Source of the DNA: an uncultured Candidatus Rokubacteria bacterium
Lineage (GTDB): Bacteria > Methylomirabilota > Methylomirabilia > Rokubacteriales > CSP1-6
Length of the DNA: 64,000 bases
Reading direction: 5' to 3'
Assembly (NCBI GenBank): GCA_963754315.1
Contig: CAVWFS010000001.1
Coordinates: 351,885 to 415,884, forward strand
The position numbers and the translations under genes were made by a program. Below, in pieces: positions 1 through 10,830 of this stretch (positions are counted from its first letter, which is position 1; each line of letters opens with the position of its first letter). The notes beneath the pieces are model-generated. The model was given only the letters and a program-made list of their open reading frames with translations. It made no database searches and was not told the DNA's origin.

Positions 1-2
1 CG

Positions 3-140
3 GGAGTGGCCACCCTCTCGGGGACGGCCTTCGGCGAGTACGGCGAGGGTTACCTTCGGCTCTCCTATGCCAACTCGGAAGCCAACTTGCGTGAGGCCCT
101 GACGCGGATGCGTCCCGTCCTGGCCGCCTTCGTCCGCTGA
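3..140 (+). CDS. C-terminus of class I/II PLP-dependent aminotransferase (partial, runs off window)
   Basis: Own translation GVATLSGTAFGEYGEGYLRLSYANSEANLREAL...*; typical C-terminal GxxFG...LRLSYA motif. Confidence 0.8.
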   Translation, partial: GVATLSGTAFGEYGEGYLRLSYANSEANLREALTRMRPVLAAFVR

Positions 141-163
141 CGGGCCGATCACTCGCTCGGGGG

Positions 164-1708
164 TTGCCGAGCGAGTGTGATGCCGGTCTGCGCTTCGAGT
201 CGTCCCCGGTGATCGTCGCTGACCTCGTGGCCGACGTGCTCGCGCGGGCGGGGGTGCGACATCTGTTCACCGCGATGACGAACGGCCCCGCGACGGCCGT
301 CGTCAACGCGGCGGGGCGGCACGATCTGCGTGTTGTTGCCGCACCGAGCGGAGGGACGGCCTGCCTGATGGCGGCCGTGACGGGATCGCTCCTCGACGCC
401 CCTGGCGGCGCGGCGCTCAACGATGCCGAGGGCGTCAGGGAGGCACTGGGTCAGGCGATGCGGGATCGTTCGCCCTTGGTGCTCATCAGCGATTGCCCAC
501 TCACGAGTGACTTGCGCGGGATCGTCAAGGCGAGCGTTGTCGTCGAAGCGGCCACGGCAGCTCACTGGAGCGCCCACGCCACGCAGCTTGCCATGACCGA
601 TCCGCGCGGTCCCGTCCAGCTCGTGGTACCCCCCGGCGTGGCGACTGAGCCGGCCATCCCGGTCGCCACCTCGGTTCGTCCGGCTCCAGGGGTTTCCGCG
701 ATCGCTACCCTTGACCTGGCCGCCGACATCCTCGCCCGAGCCGTGCGCCCTGTCCTGATCGTGGGGCTCGAGTGCCGGTCGATCGAGGTCGCCAGCTGGA
801 TCCGGGCTCTCGCGGAGTCGCTTCCCGCGCCGGTGCTGGTCACCAGGAAGGGCAAGGGCGCCGTGCCCGATCCTCACCCCTTGCACCTCGGCCTCATCGA
901 GCGAGCAGCGGGGCCATCCCGTCCTTGCGCGATCTGATCTGGCAGTGATGATCGGCGTCGACCCAGCCGAGATTCCCTCAGATGGCTGGCCGCCGTCCCT
1001 CTCCGTCCTCCATCTCGGAGCGCTACCGTCGCCGTCTCTGCTAGGCAACACAAGAACGGACGTTCCGGAGATATCTCGCTCGCCATCGCCGAGCTGGCGC
1101 CGCGGCTTCGCGGCCGCCAGCGCGCCGACTGGGACGTGGCCGAGATCGATCGACTGAAGCGCGCCGCGATGGTCGCATCCGCGCGCCTCCCTGAGCCGCG
1201 CCGCCTCGCGAGCCACATCGTGGTCGCCGCTGTCCGCGAAGCGACGCCGCCGGGAACGGTCGCCGTGATCACCGCCGAAGAGGACGCACTTGGCCTTGTC
1301 GCCGCATGGCAGTCCGTGGCACCTCGCGAGCTGGTGGTGCCAGCGTTGCCCGCCGCTCCGGGCTTTGCGCTCGCGGCGGCGGTGGCTGCGGGCCTCGCCC
1401 GCGCCGAGGCGCGCGTCGTGTGCTTCGCCAGCCCGCGACAGGTTCTCGACGGCCGAGCGATATTGGCCACCGTAGCCCGGCTCGCGCTGCCCGTGCTGCT
1501 GCTGGTGGTCGGGGAGAGGGGAGGCGCCGCATCGGAGGGGGAGACCGTCAATCGAGCTGCTCTGGCTGCCGGATGGACGGCGACCGCGGTGATGGACGTG
1601 AACGGGTTACGTCGAGCCATCGAGGACGGAATGCTCGGACGGGGTCCCGCGCTGATCGATGCGAGTAATCGGAGCGATGAGCTCATCGACTCGCGGGGGA
1701 CGGTATAA
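164..1708 (+). CDS. Thiamine-pyrophosphate-binding protein (acetolactate-synthase-like, degenerate), broken by about two frameshifts
   Basis: ORFs 164-937, 945-1157 and 1136-1708 give consecutive TPP N-terminal, central (AVRPVLIVG, KGKGAVPDPHPL) and C-terminal (GPALID) domains. Confidence 0.65.
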
Positions 1709-1709
1709 T
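1704..1709 (+). promoter_or_regulatory. -10 box TATAAT 6 nt before ATG 1716 (leaderless promoter)
   Basis: cggTATAATcctcctATG; no Shine-Dalgarno sequence. Confidence 0.65.
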
Positions 1710-1715
1710 CCTCCT

Positions 1716-2363
1716 ATGGCCTTCCTGAGCGAACGCGATCAAGCGGCTGTGCGTACGGAATTCGAGAAGCTGGGGGGAACGGTGAAGCTCGTCGTGTTCT
1801 CGCAGGAGCTGGTCGCCGGGGATCTCTGTCGCCAGAACGAGCAGCTCATGCGAGAGGTGGCCGAGCTCGCCGACGGTCGAGCGAGCGTCGAGGTCCTGAA
1901 CCCCGCCATAGACCGCGAGCGTGCCGAGGCCTACGGCGTCGACCAGGTTCCGGCCACCGTGGTGGAGGGCGCACGCGACTACGGCATCCGCTTCTACGGC
2001 ATCCCGTCCGGGTATGAGTTCAGCAACCTGATCGACGCGATGATCGTCGCCTCTACCGGGACACCAGAACTCTCGGAGGCCACGCGGGACTCGCTGGCCG
2101 CGCTAGCCGGCGATGTGCAGATCAAGGTTTTCTCGACCCCCACCTGACCCCATTGTCCCCGGGCGGTGCGCCTGGCTCAGCACATGGCGGTGGCTTCCGA
2201 CCGAATCACGGCAACCGCGATCGAGGCGACCGAGTTCCCCGAACTGTCCCGGGCTTACCGTGTGATGGCAGTACCGAAGATCGTCATCAACGAGCGCGTG
2301 CAGTTCGAGGGTGCGCTTCCCGAGCCCCAGTTCCTGGAGGCAGTCCTCCGGGCCAGTTCTTGA
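1716..2363 (+). CDS. Two-domain thioredoxin-fold protein-disulfide oxidoreductase (AhpF-NTD/glutaredoxin-like); probable selenoprotein with UPHC motif
   Basis: ORFs 1659-2147 and 2166-2363 are in the same frame, joined by TGA 2145-2147: VFSTPT-U-PHCPRAV; motifs YGIRFYGIPSGYEF and VMAVPKIVIN; hairpin 11 nt after the TGA. Confidence 0.88.
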
Positions 2364-2772
2364 AATTGGGGGATCGCGCGGAGTTGCTCTTCGCGTATGG
2401 AACCCTCATGCGAGGGTACCCTCTGCATCAGGCGATCGCGGGCCGCGCGACGTTTCTGGAGTCTGGCTCCGTGCGAGGGATGCTTCTCGACCTCGGGCAG
2501 TATCCTGGCTTGCGCGAGGGCCGGGGAGAGTCATGGGTGAGCTCTATCGCATCGACACGCCCGAACTTCTCCCGATAGTCGATCGCGAGGAGGGGTACAA
2601 TTTCGAACGCTACCGGACATTGGTCACCCTGACGGGTGGCCGTCGCGTCCGGGCGTGGGCATATCGTTACCGAGGGCCGCGCGAGAGGGCGACTCTCATC
2701 GCCGACGGAGACTACCGGCGGGCGCGCCCGCCAGCGAGACGCTCGCCCGAGCACGCGAGGGTCCTTTACTGA
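2360..2772 (+). CDS. Gamma-glutamylcyclotransferase (AIG2-like), one frameshift near 2530
   Basis: LFAYGTLMRG...LGQYPGL, then in a second frame GELY...DREEGY...AWAYRY. Confidence 0.8.
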
Positions 2773-2783
2773 GGAGGATGTCG

Positions 2784-4166
2784 ATGGCGCTCACGGCCGC
2801 GGAGCTTGTCAACTCGGATCACGAACACCTTATCCATCCGCTGCATCACCCGACCGACACCGCGGAGCCGATGATCTACGTGCGCGGCCGGGGCGCCACC
2901 CTCACCGATATCGGCGGCAAGGAGTACATCGACGGTTTGGCCGGCCTCTGGAACGTCAACGTCGGCCACGGGCGGGCCGAGCTGGCCGAAGCCGCTGCCG
3001 AGCAGATGAAGGAGCTTGCCTACTACTCCGGCTACGCAGGATTCTCCAGCGTGCCGGCCATCAATCTGGCCAGCAAGCTCATCCAGCTCAGTTATCCGAA
3101 CATGCAGGCCGTCTTTCTCACCTGCGGTGGGGCCGAGGCCAACGAGTCCGCCTTCAAGACGGCGCGCTTCTTCTGGAAGGCCAACGGCAAGCCCACCAAG
3201 GTGAAGATCATTGCCCGCCAGAATGGCTATCACGGCGTCACCCTGCAGGCCATGAGCGCCACCGGCATGCCCGCCTACTGGAAGATGTTCGAGCCGCGCG
3301 TGCCCGACTTCGTTCACATCCAGTCGTGCTATCCGTACCGATTCCAGGGGGCCCGCCCGGGGGAGACGGTGGGGCAGGCGGCGGCCCGCGAACTGGAGGA
3401 GGCGATCCTGCGCGAAGGCCCCGACACGGTGGCGGCGTTCATCGCGGAGCCGATCCACGGCGGCGGCGGTGTCATCTATCCGACCGACGATTATTTCGGG
3501 CGAGTGCGCGAGGTGTGCACGCGCCACCAGGTGTTGTTCATCGCTGACGAGGTGATCACGGGCTTCTGCCGGACGGGCACGTGGTTCGCGATGACGCACT
3601 GGAACGTGCTGCCCGACATCATGTCGTTCGCCAAGGGTGTGACGTCCGGCTACATGCCCCTCGGGGGTATCATGATCACCAAGGCCATCAAGGATGCGAT
3701 GGAGTCGGTGCCTCCCGGCGATCGGTGGATGCATGCGTACACGTATTCTGGCCATCCCACCTGCTGCGCGGTGGCCCTCAAGAACCTCGAGATCATGGAG
3801 CGCGAGCGATTGTGGGAGAACGCGGCGCTCATGGGAACACGCCTGCACCAGGGGCTGAACGCGGCGTTTGCCAGCCATCCCCACGCCGGGGACATCCGGG
3901 GCGGCAAGGGCCTGCTGGCGGCGGTGGAGCTGGTGGAGGATCGTGCGACGAAGGCCAATTTCCCGCTCGACAAGAAGATCGGCAACCGGGTTGCCGCCGA
4001 GATGATGAAGCGCGGCGTGGTCACCCGGGTGCGCGCTGCCAGTGGCCCGCATCCGGCCAATGGCGACACGGTGTTCTTCTCGCCACCCCTCATCATCACC
4101 GCGGCCGAGGTGGATCGTCTGGTGGCGGTGGCGCGCGACGCCGTGAAGGCCGTCCTCGGCGTGTAA
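2784..4166 (+). CDS. Class III PLP aminotransferase
   Basis: YIDGLAGLWNVNVGHG, FIADEVITGFCRTG, SFAKGVTSGYMPLG, YTYSGHP; RBS GAGGAGG 2771-2777. Confidence 0.93.
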   Translation: MALTAAELVNSDHEHLIHPLHHPTDTAEPMIYVRGRGATLTDIGGKEYIDGLAGLWNVNVGHGRAELAEAAAEQMKELAYYSGYAGFSSVPAINLASKLIQLSYPNMQAVFLTCGGAEANESAFKTARFFWKANGKPTKVKIIARQNGYHGVTLQAMSATGMPAYWKMFEPRVPDFVHIQSCYPYRFQGARPGETVGQAAARELEEAILREGPDTVAAFIAEPIHGGGGVIYPTDDYFGRVREVCTRHQVLFIADEVITGFCRTGTWFAMTHWNVLPDIMSFAKGVTSGYMPLGGIMITKAIKDAMESVPPGDRWMHAYTYSGHPTCCAVALKNLEIMERERLWENAALMGTRLHQGLNAAFASHPHAGDIRGGKGLLAAVELVEDRATKANFPLDKKIGNRVAAEMMKRGVVTRVRAASGPHPANGDTVFFSPPLIITAAEVDRLVAVARDAVKAVLGV

Positions 4167-4173
4167 ACGCGCC

Positions 4174-4374
4174 GTGCGGCTGATCACCGCTCACCGCATC
4201 CTCATCGCGACCGGGATCGCCTTCTTTCTCTTCTACGCCGTCTTCCAGGGCCGACGCTACCTGGCCCTGGGTGAGGGCCTGGCGCTCACGCAGGCGATCG
4301 TGTCGGTCGCGGTGGCGGTACTGCTCACCCTCTACTACCGTGGGCTGGCCAAGCGGTGGAACGGGCCGTCCTGA
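4174..4374 (+). CDS. Small two-helix membrane protein
   Basis: 66-aa ORF with two hydrophobic segments, packed in the operon. Confidence 0.6.
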   Translation: MRLITAHRILIATGIAFFLFYAVFQGRRYLALGEGLALTQAIVSVAVAVLLTLYYRGLAKRWNGPS

Positions 4375-4718
4375 TCTACGACGGGGATTGCGCCATGTGC
4401 CGGGGGAGCGCGCTCTGGCTCATGCGACGCGCAAGGATTCCCGATCGCCTGGAGATTCTGCCGTGCCGTTCGCGGCCACGTCGCGAGCGCTATCCCCAGA
4501 TAAGCGACGAGGCATGCATGCAGGCCATGCAGCTCGTGCTGGCCGATGGGCGCATCCTCTCCGGCGGCGAAGCCGTACCCGAGCTGCTGCGCCGTGTCCG
4601 CGGCTGGCGGTGGGTCGCCGCTCTGGTAGGGCTCCCGCCGTTCTTGCCCGTCACCCGCCGGATCTACGCCTGGATCGCGCGCAACCGCATGCGCCTGTCA
4701 TGTGGGCTCCGGCCGTGA
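4356..4718 (+). CDS. DCC1-like thiol-disulfide oxidoreductase (DUF393)
   Basis: LIYDGDCAMC and YAWIARNR motifs. Confidence 0.88.
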   Translation: MERAVLIYDGDCAMCRGSALWLMRRARIPDRLEILPCRSRPRRERYPQISDEACMQAMQLVLADGRILSGGEAVPELLRRVRGWRWVAALVGLPPFLPVTRRIYAWIARNRMRLSCGLRP

Positions 4719-5626
4719 GCGAGGACCTGGGCGAGCGCGCGTAGAGTCGTTCGCGTCCTGACTCCACGTCGGCTGCAGACTCCGCCCCGGTGCACAGGCG
4801 CGCGCCAATGCCATTCTCGGCCAGCGCGGCCCGATCGAGAAGGCTCCTGATGCTCCTGCTTGACCGCCTCGGAGTCGGGCGTCCACTGTGATGTTGGCCT
4901 GCCCGCTACGGCCGGATTGTGGGACAGCCACCGCCAAACCAGAATGTGGCCCATGAGCGCGGCCGGGACCAGAATGGCTGGCAGCCATACGAATGGAGGG
5001 TAGGTGATAAAGATATTCAGCCGCTCGTCGCCGAACCACCGAAACAGCGGCGTGGAGAGGATGGCGATGGTGACGATGTTCACGAGGAGCGCGAGTCCGA
5101 AGAAGTTCCAGAAGGCGACCACCCAGCGCGGCACTCGGCCGAACGCCAGCCAAAGTCCAACGACGCCCGCGGTGATCCCGCTGAGGATATCGTAGTTCTG
5201 ACCCGAGTAACTCATCTGCACTGGCATCACCCCTTCGACATAGGCCCGGTGCATGATCAGCTCCAAAGGAACGCGGAACACCTGAAAGCCCACTAACGCC
5301 CAGAGCGGCAAGCCGCGAACGAGCAGCGTCCCCAGGGACGAGCAGGGGACGGCAATGCCGACGACGCCTACTGCGAGCGGCAAGACCGCAAAGGGAGGCA
5401 CCGTCGCATCGAACCAGCGGAGAGCACCACTGGCGGCGATAACCGCGGTAACCAACAGCCACGCAAGCACGGCCGCGCTGAGGCGCACGGCGCGGCGTCT
5501 CCGCACAGCAATGTCTTGCCCGAGACGCCGGCCGGCCCACTCGCAACCGAGGACGAAGCCGGCTGCGACCAGGAGCGGCAGAAGGACAAACGCTCCGGTG
5601 ACGAGCCCGGACGCCTTGGGAAGCAT
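4664..5626 (-). CDS. Multi-pass membrane protein of unknown function (C-terminal tail probably read-through)
   Basis: About 7 hydrophobic helices; FQVFRVPLE, GQNYDILSG, PFVWLPA motifs. Confidence 0.7.
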   Translation of the reverse strand: MLPKASGLVTGAFVLLPLLVAAGFVLGCEWAGRRLGQDIAVRRRRAVRLSAAVLAWLLVTAVIAASGALRWFDATVPPFAVLPLAVGVVGIAVPCSSLGTLLVRGLPLWALVGFQVFRVPLELIMHRAYVEGVMPVQMSYSGQNYDILSGITAGVVGLWLAFGRVPRWVVAFWNFFGLALLVNIVTIAILSTPLFRWFGDERLNIFITYPPFVWLPAILVPAALMGHILVWRWLSHNPAVAGRPTSQWTPDSEAVKQEHQEPSRSGRAGREWHWRAPVHRGGVCSRRGVRTRTTLRALAQVLAHGRSPHDRRMRLRAIQA

Positions 5627-6024
5627 GCCCCCTTCCTATCCTGAGTCGAGTCCCCTGTGCGAGGGAGCCTTGGCCGAGCCGCTGACTCTCGCGGTACGTC
5701 ATTCAACGAGGGCATCCACCCGACGAGGACGTATTCGGCTCGAGCTGCGTAGCCCAGCTCGCGGAGGCCGGTCCTCTGAAGGCTGCCAACAGCTGTCGCT
5801 TCGGCGCAGGACGAGCCGAACTCCCATCGAGATGTCCGATTCGTGCCGCCTGTCGGTCCCTGCTGTGCACCGTCGACGAGCGCACAGCGAGGAGACCCAG
5901 GACCATGACGTCGAGGCCAGCGAGCTGTAGCCGTTCAACAAGCCCCTCCGGGTGGCCGATGGCCCATCGTCACGCTCGCGGGGCGCTTGGCCGCCGAGGC
6001 CATCGTCGAGGATTGGGCCGCGCC

Positions 6025-6483
6025 CTAGGCGGAACGTGGGGTGCCACGCCGGGATCCGCCCGTTCGCTTGAGCTTGACCTGGCTGCCGCGCACCTTGTCG
6101 TGGCAGTGCGGGCAGAAATAGCCGACCTCGAGCGGGGTCTGACAGTCGGTGTGCACCAGCGCGGTCTGCGGGTGCAGGTGACGGGATCCCCAGGCGGCAA
6201 GGGCGCCCACCACCACTCCCAGCTCACGGCCGCGCTCCGTGAGGAGATACTCGGCGCGGGGCGGATGCTCGGAATAGAAGCGACGGGTCACGATGCCATG
6301 CTCCTCCAGGGTCTGTAGCCGGGCGGAGAGCACGTTGGGGGCGATCCCGGGCAGCGACTCTTGAAGATCCCCGAAACGGCGCGGGCGTGAGAGCAGGTCG
6401 CGCACGACGAGCAAGGTCCAGCGCTCACCCAGCAATTCCACGGACTTCGCCACCGGACAGGCTTGCTGGTACTGCTTGGGCAT
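6025..6483 (-). CDS. HxlR-family winged-helix regulator
   Basis: CPVAKSVELLGERWTLLVVRDL, PPRAEYLLTERG; TATAAT 6 nt upstream on the minus strand. Confidence 0.92.
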   Translation of the reverse strand: MPKQYQQACPVAKSVELLGERWTLLVVRDLLSRPRRFGDLQESLPGIAPNVLSARLQTLEEHGIVTRRFYSEHPPRAEYLLTERGRELGVVVGALAAWGSRHLHPQTALVHTDCQTPLEVGYFCPHCHDKVRGSQVKLKRTGGSRRGTPRSA

Positions 6484-6539
6484 GAATCCATTATAGATAG
6501 GAGTTGACGCTTAGGCTAGTCACTAGTAATTTAGTAGTT
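6484..6539. promoter_or_regulatory. Divergent HxlR/MATE promoter region with palindromic ACTA-N9-TAGT candidate operator
   Basis: AT-rich island with TTGACG...TAATTT on plus, TATAAT on minus and ACTAgtaatttagTAGT. Confidence 0.55.
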
Positions 6540-7928
6540 ATGACCGGATCAGCGACGACCTTCGGCGTGGCGGCCGGGCCCGCGTCCACCGCCGCTCGCA
6601 CGCGGCACTTTCTGGAAGGCCCCATCGTCCCTACCTTGCTTCGCCTGACCGCCCCCAACGTGGTGGTGCTGGCGGTGCAGACGACCATCAACGTCCTCGA
6701 GGCGTACTTCGTCGGGTGGCTGGGGACCGACGCCTTGGCCGGGGTGTCGTTGGTCTTTCCGCTGGTCATGCTTCTCCAGACGATGTCGGCGGGGGGCATG
6801 GGAGGAGGCGTAGCCTCCGCCATCGCCCGCGCCCTCGGCGCCGGTCGCCGTGACGATGCCAACGCCATCGTCGTGCACGCCTTGCTCATCGCCGCCGCGA
6901 TGGCCGCCCTCTTCACCGGCGGCATGCTTCTGGGTGGGCCGGCCCTCTTCCGAGGCATGGGTGGACGCGACGGCGCGCTGGAGGCCGCCGTGTCGTACTC
7001 CACGGTGATCTTCACCGGTGCCGTCGCCGTCTGGATGTTCAACACGCTCGGGAGCATCATCCGGGGCACCGGCAACATGATCCTGCCCGCCGCCGTCACG
7101 GTGGGCGGCGGCTTGCTGATCATTCCCCTCTCCCCGGTGCTGATCCTCGGCTTCGGATCCTTGCCCTCACTCGGCGTGGCAGGGGCCGGCCTCGCCGTGG
7201 TCGCGTATTACACGATCGGCAGCGTGGTGTTCACGCTCTATCTCGCCTCTGGCCGTGGTCTGGTGAGACTGCGCCGGCGACGTGTCACTCTGCGCTGGGC
7301 GCACTTCCGGGAGATCCTCAGGGTGGGGTTGCCGGGAGCGTTCAATACCGTGCAGACCAACCTGACCCAGGTCCTGCTCACGGCAGCGGTGGGTGCTTTC
7401 GGCACCGCCGCCCTCGCCGGGTATGGCATGGGCGCGCGCCTGGAGTACTTGCAGATCCCGCTCGTCTTCGGCATGGGGTCGGCGCTGGTCACCATGGTCG
7501 GCACCAACATCGGGGCGGGCCAGCCCGAGCGGGCGCGCCGGGTCGCCTGGATCGGCGCCGGCATCGCGGCGGGGCTGACCGCGTCCATCGGGCTGCTGGG
7601 TGCGGTGGCGCCCCATCTGTGGCTCGGCCTGTTCAGCCAGGAGGCCGATGTGCTGGCGGCCGGCGCGACCTATCTGCGGATCGTTGGCCCCACCTATGGG
7701 TTCTTCGGTCTCGGGCTCGCCCTTTACTTCGCGTCGCAAGGAGCCGGCCGCCTGCTGTGGCCGGTGCTGGGAGGCGCCTCGCGGCTGCTCGTGGCCGCGG
7801 GCGGAGGCTGGCTCGTGGTGCATGTCCTTGGGGGAGGCCTGGCGGCGCTGTGCGGCGTCATTGCGATCGCCTTCGTGATCTTCGGTTCCACCATCGCGCT
7901 GGCTGTCCGCGCAGGCGCGTGGAAGTGA
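6540..7928 (+). CDS. MATE-family efflux transporter
   Basis: 12-TM pattern; LGTDALAGVSLVFP, GTNIGAGQPERA. Confidence 0.92.
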   Translation: MTGSATTFGVAAGPASTAARTRHFLEGPIVPTLLRLTAPNVVVLAVQTTINVLEAYFVGWLGTDALAGVSLVFPLVMLLQTMSAGGMGGGVASAIARALGAGRRDDANAIVVHALLIAAAMAALFTGGMLLGGPALFRGMGGRDGALEAAVSYSTVIFTGAVAVWMFNTLGSIIRGTGNMILPAAVTVGGGLLIIPLSPVLILGFGSLPSLGVAGAGLAVVAYYTIGSVVFTLYLASGRGLVRLRRRRVTLRWAHFREILRVGLPGAFNTVQTNLTQVLLTAAVGAFGTAALAGYGMGARLEYLQIPLVFGMGSALVTMVGTNIGAGQPERARRVAWIGAGIAAGLTASIGLLGAVAPHLWLGLFSQEADVLAAGATYLRIVGPTYGFFGLGLALYFASQGAGRLLWPVLGGASRLLVAAGGGWLVVHVLGGGLAALCGVIAIAFVIFGSTIALAVRAGAWK

Positions 7929-8234
7929 GGTCATGTCGACCATGCCGGACGTGGTCCCGATGACCCCGCGAGTGGCCCCCGAACGACGCTGCGCGGCGGT
8001 AGTTGAGAGGCCCCCGGAAGACCCGGTAGCTGCCTGCCAGATCGGCAGCCCCCCAGGCGGCTGCCCAAACTTTGCGCTTGCTGAGGGCCCTCCAGGTGTT
8101 TGCCAAGGTGGGTGCGACGCCGGTAGGCAGTGACGCCATGCTGCTTGCGTCGACAGCAGTTTGCCTCGCCTTCGTAGGGACGATCGCAGCGTCAAGTACC
8201 CGGTTCGACTTGACTGGAGAAGGCAGGCCTCACG

Positions 8235-8249
8235 CGGCACAGGCCTTGC
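8235..8249 (+). promoter_or_regulatory. Sigma54 (-24/-12) promoter upstream of amtB-glnK
   Basis: CGGCAC-AGGCC-TTGC matches the GGCAC-N5-TTGC consensus; 17-bp TGC(C/G)-N9-GGCA enhancer-like sites at 8031-8047 and 8113-8129. Confidence 0.8.
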
Positions 8250-8362
8250 TGACCTCCTGCTCGGGTGAGCCGCCGTCAAGATCAGGAACGGCAGTTCGAC
8301 GGTAACCGCGCTCAACCACACCACGTGACCCGCCAACGGCGCCGGGCCCGAAGGAGACTTCG

Positions 8363-8999
8363 ATGAGTCATACGGCATCGTGGTTGGCCAGAGGACCGAT
8401 GATCGCCCTCGTGATCGTGACGGTGCTCGTCACAGGCGGGATGGCATGGGCCCAGGACAAGCCATCGGAGCCGACACCGGCGGCGGCAGTACCGGGGCCG
8501 GCCGCCGCTCCGGCAGATCCGGTCAAGGAGCTCACCACGAAGATCGGCGACCTGAAGGTCGCTGCCGATACCATGTGGGTGCTCGTCACCGCGTTCCTCG
8601 TCTTTTTCATGAACCTCGGCTTCGCCAGCGTCGAGTCTGGATTCTGTCGCGCCAAGAACACGGTGACCATCCTCGCCAAGAGTTTTCACCCAACACGACC
8701 GGTAACGGTCTCTTCTTCGGCGGCGGCCTGAAGCTGCTCGATCGCGCAGCTCATCGGCGTCATCGCAGTTGGGAATCTTCGTCCTGATCGCCTCCAGCAT
8801 CTTCTGGGCAATCATCAAGGCCGTCATGGGCATCCGGGTGACGGCGGAAGAAGAGATCGAGGGCCTCGACGTGGGTGAGCACGGCATCAGCGCCTACCCC
8901 GATTTCCACCGCAGCGCCGCGTATGGCTCCCTGACGGCGCCGACCTCAGCCAGCCAGACGAGTCCACTCGGAGTGCCGGCCGTGGGGCGCAGTGTCTAG
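8363..8999 (+). pseudogene. amtB: Ammonium transporter with most of the middle deleted
   Basis: N-terminal DTMWVLVTAFLVFFMNLGFASVESGFCRAKNTVTILAK is joined near 8681 to C-terminal GNGLFFGGG...GIRVTAEEEIEGLDVGEHG. Confidence 0.88.
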
Positions 9000-9347
<348 letters not shown>

Positions 9348-9364
9348 AGACGGGAGGAACCACG

Positions 9365-10467
9365 ATGACAGTATGGCGAAGGTGGATGGCGGCGGCCGCC
9401 GGGCTCGCGCTGGCGGGGGCCGTGGTGTTACCGGCGCCGGCGTTGGCGCAGTCGCCCACGCCGGTTCCGGTTCGGACCGAAGTCCAGCAGGCTCAAGCGC
9501 AGCCGGCACCGCCTCCGGCGCCCCCCCCAAGCCCGGCTCAGGTCCAGACGGAGGGCCCGGCGGCGCCTGCGGTGCCGGCACCGCCTCCGGACCCCCGCCC
9601 CCCCCGCCCCCCCCGAGCCCGGCCCAGGTCCAGACAGAGGGACCGGCGGCGCCCGCGGCGCCGGCCCCGGAGGCAGCGCCGAACACGGGCCGCGTCTCGC
9701 TGACCCTGGGGGCCGACTGGGCCTCGGCATACTACTTCCGGGGCATCGCGACGACGCAGAACGGCGGCAACAACGTGCAGCCGTACGGGGAGATCGGGTT
9801 TCGCCTGCTGGAGAACATGGGCCCGCTGACATCGCTGCACGTGTCGCCGGGCGTCTGGAACAACTGGCACTACGGCGGGGGGCTGCTGGTGGAGCCGTCG
9901 GATCCGAACTTCTGGACGGAGGCGGATATCTATTTGAAGGTCAACGCCGTGTGGTGGGAGGTCCTCTCGACGTCGGTGACTTACACCTACTACACCAGTC
10001 CCAACAACACCTTCACCAGTTATTCCGACGTGGGGCTGGGCTTCGCGCTGAGCGATTCGAAGTGGCTAGGGGGCTTTGCCCTGAACCCGTCGCTGCTGTT
10101 TGCCTTCGAGACGACGGGGGAAGCGCTGGTGGCAGACGGCAAGAAGGGCATCTACATGGGGATCGGCCTGGCCCCGGGCTACACGTTCTTTGCCGACTCG
10201 TCGTTTCCCGTGAACATCAGCACGCCCATGACCTTCGGCTTCAGCCTCAAGGACTACTACACGGTGAACGGGGTGAACCAGACGTTCGGGTTCTTTTCGG
10301 GCGGGCCGCTGATTACCCTGCCTCTGAAGTTCATACCGAACACCCTCGGGAATTGGTCGTTCAAAGCGGGCGTGCAGTTCTTGGTGCTGAACAGCAATCT
10401 CAAAGCGGTCAACACGAACGACGGCTTCGTGCCGATCGGGTCGGTCGGCCTGTCGCTGACCTACTAA
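9365..10467 (+). CDS. Secreted/outer-membrane beta-barrel-like protein with Pro-rich N-terminal repeats; frameshift in C-rich tract about 9590-9615
   Basis: Signal peptide in ORF 9365-9703; DWASAYYFRG and terminal LSLTY (aromatic end) in ORF ending 10467; resembles porin-like genes found beside amtB-glnK. Confidence 0.7.
9503..9670 (+). repeat. Two imperfect tandem coding repeats (about 85 nt; PAPPP...SPAQVQTEGPAAPA)
   Basis: ccggcaccgcctccgg and gcccggc(t/c)caggtccagac(g/a)gaggg each occur twice. Confidence 0.8.
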
Positions 10468-10494
10468 CGGTGGCGCGAAGCGTGAGGCAACACT

Positions 10495-10821
10495 GTGGCG
10501 GAAGAATCTGACCGTAGCGAAGGCTCGGCCGCTCTTGGCGCACTGACGCGCTTGATCACCAATGCAATTCCACCGCTCATCGACCAGTTGGCCACCTCGC
10601 GGCCGGGGAGGGTCTATCGTGATGCCATCGCCCTTCTCGAGCGCCCCCTGCTGGCGCATGTCCTCGCGGTGACGGGCGGGAACCAGTTGCGGGCCGCTCG
10701 TCTTCTCGGGCTCAATCGCAACACGCTGCGCAAGCGCTGTCGTGAGCTAGAGCTCCCGCTGCCTCGCGCGCCACGCCGCGAGGTGGGCAACGCCCAGCCC
10801 CTGATTCCCGGCGCCCGCTGA
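10495..10821 (+). CDS. Stand-alone Fis/NtrC-type helix-turn-helix protein
   Basis: LERPLLAHVLAVTGGNQLRAARLLGLNRNTLRKR. Confidence 0.85.
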   Translation: MAEESDRSEGSAALGALTRLITNAIPPLIDQLATSRPGRVYRDAIALLERPLLAHVLAVTGGNQLRAARLLGLNRNTLRKRCRELELPLPRAPRREVGNAQPLIPGAR

Positions 10822-10830
10822 GGGAGCCAA

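Noticed and set aside
935..937. TGA ending ORF 164-937 as another selenocysteine
   Set aside because: The protein continues in a different frame (GHPVLARSDLAVMIG), so this is a frameshift, and there is no Cys motif context.
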